A DNA stretch of 64,000 nt from Longimicrobiales bacterium (lineage in GTDB: Bacteria > Gemmatimonadota > Gemmatimonadetes > Longimicrobiales > Gaopeijiaceae). Made by a program: the position numbers and the translations under genes. Shown here one piece after another: positions 47,208 to 57,658 of this stretch (positions within the stretch are counted from its first letter, which is position 1; the number at the start of each line of letters is the position of its first letter). The notes under the pieces are model-generated. The model did no database searches and was not told the DNA's origin. It saw nothing but the letters and a program-made list of their open reading frames with translations. The DNA lies in contig CBDCNQ010000002.1 of NCBI GenBank assembly GCA_965219445.1, positions 512,001 to 576,000 of the forward strand, in the 5' to 3' direction.

Positions 47208-49532
47208 ATGTCCGTCGATGCAACTCGTTTCACTGGGGTGTTGTTGGGCTTGCTGCTTCTCGCGGTCGGTTGCTCCCCGCAGTCGGAGCCCGGCTCGTTC
47301 GAGGAGCTGGCACGCGGTTCGCTCGCTCAAATCGACGGAGAGTTGGACGTTCCCGGTCTGAGGGAGCCGGTCGAGGTCCTCCGGGACGAGTGGGGAATCC
47401 CGCATATTTACGCTCAGAACGTCGACGACCTCTTCATGGCGCAGGGGTACGTGATGGCCCAGGACCGACTCTGGCAGATGGAGATGTGGCGGCGCTGGCA
47501 CGAGGGACGTCTCTCCGAGATCTTCGGACCCGAGGCGTTCGACTACGACCTCCGCACGCGGCAAATGATGTTCCGCGGACCCTGGGACGAGTCCGAATGG
47601 ACGAGTTACCACCCCGACGGGGAGCGCATCTTCACGGCCCACGCAGCCGGGGTGAACGCATACATCGAGCAGAATCGGGACAACCTTCCGGTCGAGTTCC
47701 AGCTCACCGGAGTAGTGCCGGATCCGTGGACCGCCAAGACCGTCCTCCTGCGATGGGCGGCCGTCGGCCTGTCGAGCGTCCGGGGCGATGCGATAAATGA
47801 GATCGAGCTGGCCATGAACGTGGCCCGGCTCGGCGCCGAGGAGGCGAATCGCCGCGCGGCGCCGGATCCATGGGATGATCTGAAGGTCCCCGAGGGCCTC
47901 GACGTCAGCATCATCACCCAGACGGTCCTCGACGCGATGCAAGCCGGGGACGGAGACCCGTTCACGCAGGGAAGACTCCCGGCTCTGGAAGTGCTGGAAC
48001 GCTACCGGCACCTCACCCCGGCCGTACGGACGGCGCAGGTCTCGAGTCAACAGATCGCGACCGAGGGGAGCAACAACTGGGTTATGAGCGGCGATCGCTC
48101 GCCCACGGGTGTGCCGATCCTCGCCAACGATCCACACCGACGCATCGAGATGCCGGCCCTCCGGTACTTCGTACATCTGAACGCTCCGGGCTGGAACGTG
48201 ATGGGCGGTGGCGAGCCACCCTTCGTCGGGGCGGACGCGGGGCACAACGAACGCATGGCGTGGGGCTTCACGTTCGCCGGCACGGACATGGTCGACGTCT
48301 TCGTCGAGGAGCTCAACCCGGAGGATCCGAATCTCGTTCGGTGGCAGGACGGCTGGGAGCCACTCCGCGTCATCCAGGAGGAAATCGAGGTCAAGGGTGA
48401 GGCACCCCGCACGGTGGAGCTGAAGTTCAGCCGCCACGGGCCGGTTATCTTCGAGGATGCGGACAACCGAGTTGCCTACGCGGTGCGCTCCGTCGTCCAG
48501 GATCCGGGCACGGCCGCGTATAAAGGAAGCTTCAAGATGGCCCAGGCCGAGAGTTGCGAGGATTTCTTCGAGCGGGCGATGTTTTGGATGGTTCCCACCC
48601 ACAGCCTGATCTGTGGGGACGTCGAGGGCAACATCGCCCTCCAGGTGACGGGGCTCACGCCCGACCGGGACGGCTGGAACGGCCGGTTGCCGGTTCCGGG
48701 CAACGGCAAGTACGAGTGGCAGGGATTCCGGAGTGATCTCCCGCGCGAGTTCAATCCGGCTCGGGGCTACATCACCACGGCCAACAACAACGTCCATCCC
48801 CCGGGTTACGAGGGGCGACCGGTGTTCTATCACTCGTCGAGGGGCGTGGCGACCTCACGGATCACGCGCCTCCACCAGATCCTCGGGTCGGACGAGCGGT
48901 TCTCGGTCGAGGATCATCAGGCGATCCAGCTCGACACCTACTCGCTGCGGGCCGAGGCAGACATTCCCGCGTTCCAGGGCTGGACCTCCGAGGTCCCGGG
49001 TGTGGAGCGGGCCCGTGCCTTGATCGCCGAGTGGGATGGAGTGCTCACGAGAGAGAGCACTGCGGGGGCGATCTACGTGGAATGGACCCGCCTGTCCGAT
49101 TCCGGGGCGAGCGATGCCGCCACGCCGAACCCACAGCGCCGCGCGCTGATCGAGGAGGGCTTGGAGAAGACCGTTGCCGCGCTGACGGAAGATTGGGGAG
49201 CGGACTGGAGCCAGTGGCGGTACGGCAGAGGCAACCAGAGTGGACTCGCGCATATGTTCCTTCCGGACTTCGACCTGCCGGCCGTCGAGCGGCCGGGCGG
49301 CTTCGGGACCGTCAACGCTACCGGCGCCAACTTCCGTCGCATTATCGACCTATCGAATCTGGACCGGTCCGTCGCGACGAACGCCCCCGGCCAGAGCGCT
49401 CAACCCGGTAGCCCGTTCTACGGTGACCTGATCGACTATCTGGGCAACGGGGAGTATTTCCCGTTCCTCTTCAGCCGTGAGGCGGTGGAGGAACGAGTGG
49501 CTTATCGCCTCACCCTGCAGCCGGGGGGGTAG
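47208..49532 (+). CDS. Penicillin acylase family (Ntn-hydrolase) lipoprotein
   Basis: Lipobox AVGC, RDEWGIPHIYA, QDRLWQME, GSNNW nucleophile, LANDPH, PGQS. Confidence 0.94.
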   Translation: MSVDATRFTGVLLGLLLLAVGCSPQSEPGSFEELARGSLAQIDGELDVPGLREPVEVLRDEWGIPHIYAQNVDDLFMAQGYVMAQDRLWQMEMWRRWHEGRLSEIFGPEAFDYDLRTRQMMFRGPWDESEWTSYHPDGERIFTAHAAGVNAYIEQNRDNLPVEFQLTGVVPDPWTAKTVLLRWAAVGLSSVRGDAINEIELAMNVARLGAEEANRRAAPDPWDDLKVPEGLDVSIITQTVLDAMQAGDGDPFTQGRLPALEVLERYRHLTPAVRTAQVSSQQIATEGSNNWVMSGDRSPTGVPILANDPHRRIEMPALRYFVHLNAPGWNVMGGGEPPFVGADAGHNERMAWGFTFAGTDMVDVFVEELNPEDPNLVRWQDGWEPLRVIQEEIEVKGEAPRTVELKFSRHGPVIFEDADNRVAYAVRSVVQDPGTAAYKGSFKMAQAESCEDFFERAMFWMVPTHSLICGDVEGNIALQVTGLTPDRDGWNGRLPVPGNGKYEWQGFRSDLPREFNPARGYITTANNNVHPPGYEGRPVFYHSSRGVATSRITRLHQILGSDERFSVEDHQAIQLDTYSLRAEADIPAFQGWTSEVPGVERARALIAEWDGVLTRESTAGAIYVEWTRLSDSGASDAATPNPQRRALIEEGLEKTVAALTEDWGADWSQWRYGRGNQSGLAHMFLPDFDLPAVERPGGFGTVNATGANFRRIIDLSNLDRSVATNAPGQSAQPGSPFYGDLIDYLGNGEYFPFLFSREAVEERVAYRLTLQPGG

Positions 49533-49565
49533 TTCGGATATCACGGGGGAGTAGTTCGGATATCA
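49522..49565. repeat. 22-bp tandem duplication covering a stop codon
   Basis: CGGGGGGGTAGTTCGGATATCA followed by CGGGGGAGTAGTTCGGATATCA (21/22). Confidence 0.82.
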
Positions 49566-49782
49566 ATCGTGGAGCTGGTTACGACGGGCGGGCGCTCTTA
49601 GTTCCCCACCCGCTCCTTCAGCTCCTCGAAAAAGTTCCGGACCGCAAGCGCCTTGAGCGTGCCGGGCCGCAAGTTGACTGGTGCGCTCCTGCCCCTCACG
49701 TTATCCCGGCCCGTGCACGGGCTTTTTGGTTTTGACTATCTTTGGGCGGGCTGAGGAAGGCCCCCCATTCAAGGAGAATTCC

Positions 49783-51564
49783 ATGAGCGCGAACGGTCTC
49801 GATTTCAGCATCGCCATCGGGGGGGCCGCCGGACAAGGAATCGCGACGCCGGGTAACATCCTCGCTCGCATGTTCGGCCGGCGTGGTCTGCACCTCTATG
49901 CGTACAACGCCTATCAGTCGATCATCCGTGGAGGACACATCCTGTTGACGCTGCGCGTTGCCGACAAAGAGCTGCACAGCCACGGCGACGGGATCGACCT
50001 GCTGCTCTGTCTCAACCAGGACACGATGGACCGGCACCTTAGGATTCTCGGACCGGGATCTCGGGTGCTCTACAACAGTGACAAAATCGAGCCCGGTGAG
50101 GTGCCGGATGGCGTCCACATCTGCCCGATGCCCATCGCCGAACTGGCAGCGGACAGCAAGAACAAGCTCATCCAGAACACTATCTCACTCGGCGTCATGA
50201 TCTCTCTTCTGGGCGTCGACTTCGCGGTGCTGGAGGAGGCTCTGGAGCAGCTGTTCAAGCGGAAGGGAGCGCCCGTGGTCGAAGAGAACGTGACCATGGC
50301 CCGGGCTGGTTATGACCACGGGGCCGCCAACTTCGAGCCCTTCTCCGAACCGTTACCAGAAGGGGACAAGCCGCTCGTGATATGGACCGGCAACTCCGCT
50401 CTGGCCATGGGCGGAGCAGCGGCCGGAGTCAAGTTCTACGCCGCGTATCCAATGAGTCCCTCGACCGGAGTCCTCCACTGGATGGCGCAGCACGCCCACG
50501 AGCTGGGCATCATGGTGCGTCAGGTCGAGGACGAGATCGGCGTGGCCAACATGACCATCGGCGCCGCCCACACCGGCTGCCGCGCCATGTGTGCCACTTC
50601 CGGTGGTGGTTTCGCGCTGATGACGGAGGCGATCGGGGCAGCGGCGATGATGGAGATCCCCGCGGTCTTCATCAACGTGATGCGTGCCGGACCCTCGACG
50701 GGCGTGCCCACTAAGACGGAGCAGGGCGACCTCTGGCAGGTCCTCGGCGCCAGCCAGGGCGACTTCGAGCGCTTCGTCGTGGCGCCGAAGAATTGCCTCG
50801 ATGCATACGACACCGTCGCCGAGCTCTTCAACCTCGTGGACCGCGCCCAATGCCCCGGGATCATCATCTCCGATCTCCTCATTTCGGAAGGGACGTACAG
50901 CGTGGACCCGGACCTCATCGAGGTCCAGCCCGAGATCGATCGGGGCGACCTTCTCCTCGATCCTTCGCCCAACGGAACCTACCTGCGTTACGCCGACACG
51001 GAGAGCGGGATCTCGCCGCGAGTTACGCCAGGCCATGAGGGATTCGTTCATGTGGTGGCGACGGACGAGCACGACGAGGACGGAGTACTCATCAGTGACG
51101 AGTTCACGCATCCGCACAAACGGCGTCGAAGCGTTGAGAAGCGCGCCCGCAAGTTCCAGGGCGTTGCGGCCGACGTGCCCCCGCCGACCCTGGAGGGTCC
51201 CCAGGACGCCGAAGTGACACTGGTCGGCTGGGGCTCCACCTACGGAGTGATCCGAGAGGCCATCGAGATGCTCTCTGAGCAGGGAGTGGTCGCCAATCAG
51301 CTCGCCATCAAATGGATCGTCCCGCTCCACGGCGAGGCCGTGGACGAGATCCTGTCCAGTGCACAGCGGGTCCTCATCGTGGAGAACAACCACTCGGGTC
51401 AGTTTGCCCGGTACCTGCGTAGCGAGACCGGCTTCTCCGCGCACGGCCACATCCGTAAGTACGACGGAGAGCCATTCATGCCCCATCACGTCGTCGAAGG
51501 GGTCCTCGATCTCTTGCAGGCCGAGGCCACCCTACACGTACCGCATCAGGAGATCATCGTATGA
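49783..51564 (+). CDS. korA: 2-oxoacid:ferredoxin oxidoreductase alpha subunit (gamma-alpha fusion)
   Basis: AAGGAG RBS, IGGAAGQG, YQSIIRGGH, YPMSPS, EDEI, ATSGGGFALM, RAGPSTGVPTKTEQGD. Confidence 0.92.
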   Translation: MSANGLDFSIAIGGAAGQGIATPGNILARMFGRRGLHLYAYNAYQSIIRGGHILLTLRVADKELHSHGDGIDLLLCLNQDTMDRHLRILGPGSRVLYNSDKIEPGEVPDGVHICPMPIAELAADSKNKLIQNTISLGVMISLLGVDFAVLEEALEQLFKRKGAPVVEENVTMARAGYDHGAANFEPFSEPLPEGDKPLVIWTGNSALAMGGAAAGVKFYAAYPMSPSTGVLHWMAQHAHELGIMVRQVEDEIGVANMTIGAAHTGCRAMCATSGGGFALMTEAIGAAAMMEIPAVFINVMRAGPSTGVPTKTEQGDLWQVLGASQGDFERFVVAPKNCLDAYDTVAELFNLVDRAQCPGIIISDLLISEGTYSVDPDLIEVQPEIDRGDLLLDPSPNGTYLRYADTESGISPRVTPGHEGFVHVVATDEHDEDGVLISDEFTHPHKRRRSVEKRARKFQGVAADVPPPTLEGPQDAEVTLVGWGSTYGVIREAIEMLSEQGVVANQLAIKWIVPLHGEAVDEILSSAQRVLIVENNHSGQFARYLRSETGFSAHGHIRKYDGEPFMPHHVVEGVLDLLQAEATLHVPHQEIIV

Positions 51565-52481
51565 GCACCGCCACGATCACGACCGAGCGGATCGGCCTCG
51601 ACCTCGTCCGGTCCCCGACCTCGGCCAAGGAATTCAAGGGTGCGGTTGCACCCGACTGGTGCCCCGGCTGCGGAGACTTCGGAGTGCTGAACTCGCTCCA
51701 GCGTGCGGTCTTCGAGCTGGGGCTCAAGCCGCATGAAATCCTGTGCGTGAGTGGCATCGGCTGCTCGTCCAACACCCCCGGCTACTTCAACGCGTACGGC
51801 ATGCACACCCTGCACGGGCGCTCCCTTCCGGTGGCGACGGGAGCCAAGCTGGGGAACCACGAGCTCAACGTCATCGTGACGGGCGGTGACGGCGACGGCT
51901 ACGGCATCGGCGGCAACCACCTGATGCACACCGCGCGCCGGAATATCGATCTGACCTACCTGGTGATGAACAATCAGATCTATGGCCTGACCACGGGCCA
52001 GGTCTCTCCCACCAGCCGCCCCGACATGAAGACCAAAAGCACGCCCCACGGGAACCTGGAGTATCCCATCAACCCCATCACATCCGCGATCATGAACGGA
52101 GCGACGTACGTCGCTCGGGGCTACAGCGCCGACCCCAAGCACCTCACGGAGCTCATCAAGAACGGAATTGAGCACAAGGGCTTTTCGCTCATCGATATCT
52201 TCAGCCCCTGCGTCACCTTCAACCACGACAACGACTTCAAATTCTTCAAGCCACGGATCAAGAAGCTGGAAGACGAAGGCCACGACCCCAGCGACTGGAA
52301 GGCGGCCTGCGAGAAGGCGATGGCGTGGGGAGACGAAATCTACATCGGGCTGTTCCACGAGAACGACCGGCCGTCGCTGGATTCGCTCGAGATGGTCATC
52401 GCCGACGGTCCCCCCCTCGCACGCCGTCCCCTGGGACTCAGCAGCGAGCAGGGCGAGAAGCTGATCAGCCGGATGATGTAG
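51561..52481 (+). CDS. korB: 2-oxoacid:ferredoxin oxidoreductase beta subunit
   Basis: WCPGCGD, SGIGCSS, HTLHGR, GGDGD (TPP binding), NNQIYGLTTGQ, SPCVTFN. Confidence 0.93.
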   Translation: MSTATITTERIGLDLVRSPTSAKEFKGAVAPDWCPGCGDFGVLNSLQRAVFELGLKPHEILCVSGIGCSSNTPGYFNAYGMHTLHGRSLPVATGAKLGNHELNVIVTGGDGDGYGIGGNHLMHTARRNIDLTYLVMNNQIYGLTTGQVSPTSRPDMKTKSTPHGNLEYPINPITSAIMNGATYVARGYSADPKHLTELIKNGIEHKGFSLIDIFSPCVTFNHDNDFKFFKPRIKKLEDEGHDPSDWKAACEKAMAWGDEIYIGLFHENDRPSLDSLEMVIADGPPLARRPLGLSSEQGEKLISRMM

Positions 52482-52492
52482 GGGGGCGAGCG

Positions 52493-52776
52493 CTAAGTGG
52501 AGGTTGCCTCGGCGTCGAACAGACCCGCCTCGACGCCCACACCTCTGTCCATCAAAGGCTCGGCGAGCGCGACCGAACCGGGCTCGTTGAAGTTGACCGA
52601 CGCGAAGTCGGGCAGCACGGCTGCCTGGCTGACGCGCCCCATTTCAGGGCGGCCTTCAGCAGCATGGTCCCTGTTGGCCCGCGACGTGGTGCACCACAGC
52701 CTCCAAGCGCAAAGACACCCGGCCCCGCTACGGTGAGGAAGTCACCCCGCGACACGAGAAAGTTGCGCCGCGACAC
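52493..52776 (-). pseudogene. Remnant of a beta-keto acid cleavage enzyme (BKACE/DUF849 family)
   Basis: MLLKAAL followed, after removing one A, by NGAR; then in another frame VLPDFASVNFNEPGSVALAEPLMDRGVGVEAGLFD. Both segments resemble DUF849 proteins from recall; the intervening and C-terminal parts are absent. Confidence 0.62.
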
Positions 52777-52792
52777 CCAGGCCAGCTCCAGT

Positions 52793-54739
52793 CTATTCGA
52801 GCACGTCCAGATCCCGAAAGAATTCCAGTGCTTCGGGATTCGCCAGGGCCTCGACGTTCTTCACTTCGCGTCCATGGATGACGTCGCGGACGGCGAGTTC
52901 GGTGATCTTGCCGGATCTGGTGCGGGGAATATCCGCTACCGCCGACACGACCTGAGGCACGTGCCGGGGGGTCGCGCCGGTGCGGATGCGCGTCTTGATC
53001 TCATGCGTCAACGCGTCGGTGAGTGCTAAGCCTTCGCATAATACGACGAATAGCACGACGCGGACGTCACCCTCCCACTCCTGGCCGACCGCAACCGCTT
53101 CCTGCACCGCGTCGAGCTGCTCCACTTGCCGGTAGATTTCGGCCGTGCCGATGCGCACGCCTCCGGGATTGAGCACGGCGTCGGAGCGCCCCATGATCAG
53201 GTAGCCGCCGTGCCGGGTCTCCAGCGCAAAGTCACCGTGGCACCAGATACCCGGAAACTTGTCGAAATAGGCTGCCTCGAAGGCCGCGCCATCCGGGTCG
53301 TTCCAGAAGCACAGCGGCACGGTCGGAAACGGCTGCGTGCAGACCAGCTCGCCGCGCTCCTCGATCACCCGTTCGCCGGCGTCGTTCCAGATTTCGACCG
53401 CCATGCCCAGCATAGGCCCCTGAATCTCGCCGCGGTACACGGGCCCGTACGGATTGGGTCCGACGAAGCACGCCAGAAGATCGGTACCGCCCGAGATCGA
53501 AGCCAACGCCACGTCCTGCTTGATGTGCTCGTACACGAAGTCGAAACTCTCCGGGACCAGCGGTGAGCCGGTCGACGCTATGGTCTCGAGGTCCGGCAAG
53601 GGATGGGTCTCGGCCGGCCTCAACCCCGACTTCTTCACACTGTCGATGAACTTCGCGGAGGTGCCGAAGAACATGGCACGTTCATCCTGCAGGAAATCGA
53701 ACAAGCGGTTGCCGTCCGGATAGAACGGCGAACCGTCGTACAGCATCACGGTCGCTCCGCAGGCCAGCGCCGACACCAGCCAGTTCCACATCATCCAGCC
53801 ACAGGTCGTGGAATAGAAAACCCTCTCACGCGGGCGTAGCCCAACGATCAGGCGATGCTCCTTCAGATGCTGCAGTAGCGTTCCACCGGCGCGATGCACG
53901 ATGCATTTGGGTGTGCCGGTCGTGCCACTGGTAAACATGATGTACAGCGGATGATCGAAGGGCAGTGAGCGGAACTGTGGGGCACGGCCGCGTCGTCCGT
54001 CGATCAGCTCCCTCCAGTCCAGCATCCCGTCGGGCACGCCGAGATCCATGTACGGCACGATCACCACCTGCTCCACGGTCGGTAACTGCTTGACGACAGC
54101 GCTGATCCGCCCGCGAATGTCCAGCGTCTTGCCGTTGTATTGATAACCGTCGCAGGCGATCAGAATCTTCGGATCGACTTGGGCAAAGCGGTCCAGCAGA
54201 CCCGGCTCACCAAAATCCGGCGATGACGACGAAAAGACTCCTCCCAGGGCGCTAGTAGCCAGCATCGCAGTGACCGTCTCGGCGATGTTGGGCAGCACGG
54301 CGACCACGCGGTCACCCGCCTCCAGATCCACCTCATCGAGCCAGGCGCCAAAGGCACCGACCTCGTCATTCAGCTCCTGCCAAGTGACGCGCCGGCAACG
54401 ACCATCCTCGCCGAGCGCGACGATTGCCTCGCCCGAGTCCGAGCGACGCAGGAGGTTCTCGGCAAAGTTCAAGGTTGCGCCTGGAAAGAAGCGCGCCGTG
54501 CGCATATCGGCCCCCGATTCAAACACGATCTTACCGGGCTCACCGATCACCCCGCCGAACTCCCAGACACTCCGCCAGAACGCCTCCGGTTGCTCGATCG
54601 ACCAGCGGTGCAGCCCGTGGTAATCGACGGATGCCTGCCCAGCATAGGGGCCAAAGCGGCTCGCGAACTCGGTCAACGCCGACGACGCCACACGCTCGGG
54701 CGATGGGCGCCACAAGATCCTGTCCTCTGTCTGTGTCAT
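52793..54739 (-). CDS. Acetoacetate--CoA ligase
   Basis: [73 protein letters not shown]. Confidence 0.95.
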   Translation of the reverse strand: MTQTEDRILWRPSPERVASSALTEFASRFGPYAGQASVDYHGLHRWSIEQPEAFWRSVWEFGGVIGEPGKIVFESGADMRTARFFPGATLNFAENLLRRSDSGEAIVALGEDGRCRRVTWQELNDEVGAFGAWLDEVDLEAGDRVVAVLPNIAETVTAMLATSALGGVFSSSSPDFGEPGLLDRFAQVDPKILIACDGYQYNGKTLDIRGRISAVVKQLPTVEQVVIVPYMDLGVPDGMLDWRELIDGRRGRAPQFRSLPFDHPLYIMFTSGTTGTPKCIVHRAGGTLLQHLKEHRLIVGLRPRERVFYSTTCGWMMWNWLVSALACGATVMLYDGSPFYPDGNRLFDFLQDERAMFFGTSAKFIDSVKKSGLRPAETHPLPDLETIASTGSPLVPESFDFVYEHIKQDVALASISGGTDLLACFVGPNPYGPVYRGEIQGPMLGMAVEIWNDAGERVIEERGELVCTQPFPTVPLCFWNDPDGAAFEAAYFDKFPGIWCHGDFALETRHGGYLIMGRSDAVLNPGGVRIGTAEIYRQVEQLDAVQEAVAVGQEWEGDVRVVLFVVLCEGLALTDALTHEIKTRIRTGATPRHVPQVVSAVADIPRTRSGKITELAVRDVIHGREVKNVEALANPEALEFFRDLDVLE

Positions 54740-54799
54740 GGTTGGACCTTGCGCCAGCTCCGGCGCCCCCGGTCTGCTAGTCGTGCTTAAATGCAGCCT

Positions 54800-55567
54800 T
54801 CATTCCCTGACGAACACCAGGTCCTCGTCGCTGGACAACTCGGATGCGAAGGCATAGCCATCCTCCCCAAAACCCTTCAAGTCGTCCTCATTCTCGACGC
54901 GGTTGCGGACCATGAATCGGGCCATCCTTCCTCGCGCTTTTTTCGCGATGAGCCCAACGGTCCGGGGCACTCCCTCCCTGATTTCCCTGAAGTGGCAGGT
55001 AACGAATGGGCCGGCCAGCTTCTGAGGCTCGATCGCCTTGACGTACTCGTTGGAGGCCAGAGACACGACCGTGCGGTTCTCATGGGAGGCGGTCACTTCA
55101 TTACATGCGTCGGTGAGCCGCGAGCCCCAGAAGTCGTAGAGGTCCTTTCCACGCTGGGTGGAAAGCCTCGAGCCCATCTCCAGCCGATACGGCTGAATCA
55201 GGTCGAGGGGCCGCAGAACGCCATAGAGACCCGAAAGGATGTTGAGGTGATTCTGGGCATACGTGAGGTCGTCCTTGCTCAGCGTGTCCGCATCGAGCCC
55301 CACGTAGGTATCACCGCGGAACATGAACACGGCTTGCTTGGCATTGCTAGGGTCGAAGGGCGTCGAGTATCGCTCGTAGCGAGCATGGTTCAGTTCGGTC
55401 AGGGCGTCCGAGAGTTTCATGAGCGCCTTGAGTCCCTCCTTCCCCAGATCCTTGACGGTGTCCACGAGCTCTTCGCTGTTGTCCAACATCTTGGGGATCG
55501 TGAAGTCGCCCAACGGCGGATCATTTTCTGTGTCCAGCCTCTTGGCGGGGGATATCAAAGCCAGCAC
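54800..55567 (-). CDS. yaaA: Peroxide stress protein YaaA
   Basis: ISPAKRLD, ILSGLYGVLRPLDLIQPYRLEMG, LASNEY, AKKARG.M. Confidence 0.95.
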   Translation of the reverse strand: MLALISPAKRLDTENDPPLGDFTIPKMLDNSEELVDTVKDLGKEGLKALMKLSDALTELNHARYERYSTPFDPSNAKQAVFMFRGDTYVGLDADTLSKDDLTYAQNHLNILSGLYGVLRPLDLIQPYRLEMGSRLSTQRGKDLYDFWGSRLTDACNEVTASHENRTVVSLASNEYVKAIEPQKLAGPFVTCHFREIREGVPRTVGLIAKKARGRMARFMVRNRVENEDDLKGFGEDGYAFASELSSDEDLVFVRE

Positions 55568-55697
55568 GTTGCTTCTGTCCTGTTGAGGCTCCGGTTTGAC
55601 GGATCGGGAACAACGTGAGGGGCAGGACCCAAGGCGGTCAATATCACCGAATACCGGTACCGCCCGCGGGAGCCGCTGTAGCCTCCCAGCGCGGATC

Positions 55698-57170
55698 TCA
55701 GTACGGAAGAACGTAGAGCACGATCGCCAGAAACGGGATGAGCAAGAGCATCATCGTGATCGCGTATCCGAACATGTCGCGAGCACGAAGGCCGGTGATG
55801 GCCAGGAGCGGGATTGCCCAAAAGGGGTTGAGGAGGTTGGTGTGGGCGTCCCCGACCGCGTAGGCCGCGATCGTCTGGCCATGAGGGATTCCCAACTCGG
55901 CGCCAGCCATCATCATCGGCCCACCGATGATCGCCCACTCACCGCCGGCTGAGGGTACGAAGACGTTGAGGATCCCTCCGGTGAGCCATGCGGTCACCGC
56001 GAACGTATCCGGTGTGGCGATCGAGAGCAGCGACACGGTCATGGAATCGACCAACCCGGTCCCCGTCATGATTCCGATGATCCCGGCGTAGAACGGGAAG
56101 AGCAGGACGACTCCCGCGCTCCCTTTCACGGCGTCGTAGAACTCGCTCAAGTACTTGGTCGGGCTGGCGTAGAGCAGGAGGCCGATCATGAGGAATCCGA
56201 AGTTGAAATTATTCAGGTCGAGCGCACCGAGGCCTTGCGTGAAGAACGCGCTCAGAAACACTACGACACCGGTTAACGCGAGTATGCCACCGAGGATCCT
56301 GCTGTTGTCCATCTTGTCGGCTAGGGACGCCTTCGCCTCGCCCGAGCGAGGATCCCGGCCCACGTCCGCGTCCGAGTCGACCCTGCTCGACCCGGCAGTC
56401 CCCACGTGCCGATCCTGGTCGACGTCCGGATTCACATCGGGGTCGAGATCGACGTAGTGCCCGATCGCCCTGCAGTTCTCCTTCGGCGGGCTCAGCAGGT
56501 ACAGCAACATCGAGCCGTAGACGATCGAAAGGACGGTCAAGGTCAGCGGGTAGGGGTGGAAGACCCACTCCGTGGAGGGGATCACTCGATCGACGAACCC
56601 CAACTGTATCAATGCGTTACCGTCGGTAGCTTGAAGTAATCCCGCGGAGCTGGACATCCCCCATCCCCAGGTAAGGCCGAGCCCCATGTAGCCGGCCACC
56701 GCCAACAGCGGATAGTGGACGGCCATTCCGTTCCTGGCGGCGTACTTCCCCATCTCACGGGCCAGAATCGCCCCCAAGATGAGGCTGAGACCCCAGGAGA
56801 TCCATGCGGTTAGCATCGCTCCGACACCTACGAGAACGACGGCCTGCCGTCCGTTCTTGGGAATCCGCACGAGGCTGAGGATCACGCCCCTCACCCGTGG
56901 GTGGTACGCCACGACGTTCGCGGTCACGAGGATGATCACCATCTGCATGGCGAACTGCAGCAGCCCCCAGAAGCCTTCGTACCATGAGAGGGCGATCTCG
57001 GTCAGTGCGGACCCTTCAGAGATGAACGCGGCGCCCGCAGCGACGTACGTCAGGAGGATGGCGAAGAGGAACGGGCTGGGCATCCACCGCTCCACCCGGT
57101 CGGCGATCGCCTCCCCGAACCTTTGGACAGGAGTGAGATCCGGTTCAGTCACCTGCTCGGCAGTTGGCAT
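55698..57170 (-). CDS. atoE: Short-chain fatty acid transporter (AtoE family)
   Basis: ERWMPSPFLFAILLT, GFWGLLQFAMQM, HYPLL, FPFYAGI, NVFVPSAGGEW, GDAHTNLLNPFWAIPLL. Confidence 0.92.
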   Translation of the reverse strand: MPTAEQVTEPDLTPVQRFGEAIADRVERWMPSPFLFAILLTYVAAGAAFISEGSALTEIALSWYEGFWGLLQFAMQMVIILVTANVVAYHPRVRGVILSLVRIPKNGRQAVVLVGVGAMLTAWISWGLSLILGAILAREMGKYAARNGMAVHYPLLAVAGYMGLGLTWGWGMSSSAGLLQATDGNALIQLGFVDRVIPSTEWVFHPYPLTLTVLSIVYGSMLLYLLSPPKENCRAIGHYVDLDPDVNPDVDQDRHVGTAGSSRVDSDADVGRDPRSGEAKASLADKMDNSRILGGILALTGVVVFLSAFFTQGLGALDLNNFNFGFLMIGLLLYASPTKYLSEFYDAVKGSAGVVLLFPFYAGIIGIMTGTGLVDSMTVSLLSIATPDTFAVTAWLTGGILNVFVPSAGGEWAIIGGPMMMAGAELGIPHGQTIAAYAVGDAHTNLLNPFWAIPLLAITGLRARDMFGYAITMMLLLIPFLAIVLYVLPY

Positions 57171-57310
57171 ACTCGGCTCCTTGGCCTGTTGGCGTCATAC
57201 GGCGCTTCAACGTCACGCGGGCGGACCCTGCGCGCCACTCAGATGCGGTGTTGGCCACCCACAATGGGTGGCGAGAGAGAGCGCGTTGACTGGTTCGCTG
57301 CGGTCCCTCA

Positions 57311-57525
57311 CGTGCTGGCTTTCGCCGGAACGTAATTCCAGGCGAAGCCGAGGCCACGCTCGATATCCGTGGATTGCCCGACGAGAATCCGCAGGAGTTC
57401 TATCGTGACCTCGCCGGCGTGACCAACGATCCGAACATCGAGATCATCCCGGAAGGGGTCTACCGGCCGGCGAGCCCGCCCTCCGGCATAGAGAACGAGA
57501 TGTTTCAGGCCCTGGAGGGCTCGTT
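57311..57525 (+). pseudogene. Internal fragment of an M20/M25/M40 metallohydrolase
   Basis: Frame reads AGFRRNVIPGEAEATLDIRGLPDENPQEFYRDLAGVTNDPNIEI..RPASPPS..EMFQALE, the M20 dimerisation-domain pattern. No start or catalytic domain. Confidence 0.7.
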
Positions 57526-57597
57526 CCTGTCCCTGATCCAGTATCTGTGTACGCCGTCGTCGAAGTGGCAGCGAGCGCATGACTTGAAAGAACTGCC

Positions 57598-57641
57598 TTG
57601 ACCATCGCCCGTTCTCTCTTAAGTTCATACGAACGTTTGAA
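57598..57641 (+). promoter_or_regulatory. Putative promoter and TetR operator of the efflux operon
   Basis: TTGACC-16 nt-TAAGTT overlapping the dyad TTCATACG-AA-CGTTTGAA (57624-57641), 17 nt before the TetR start. Confidence 0.6.
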
Positions 57642-57658
57642 TCAATCAAAGGACCCAC

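Noticed and set aside
47154..48833. 559-aa minus-strand ORF
   Set aside because: Antisense to the penicillin acylase, with no recognisable motifs.
56330..56455. Acidic low-complexity insert in AtoE
   Set aside because: In-frame loop expansion with no element-like ends; probably a variable linker.
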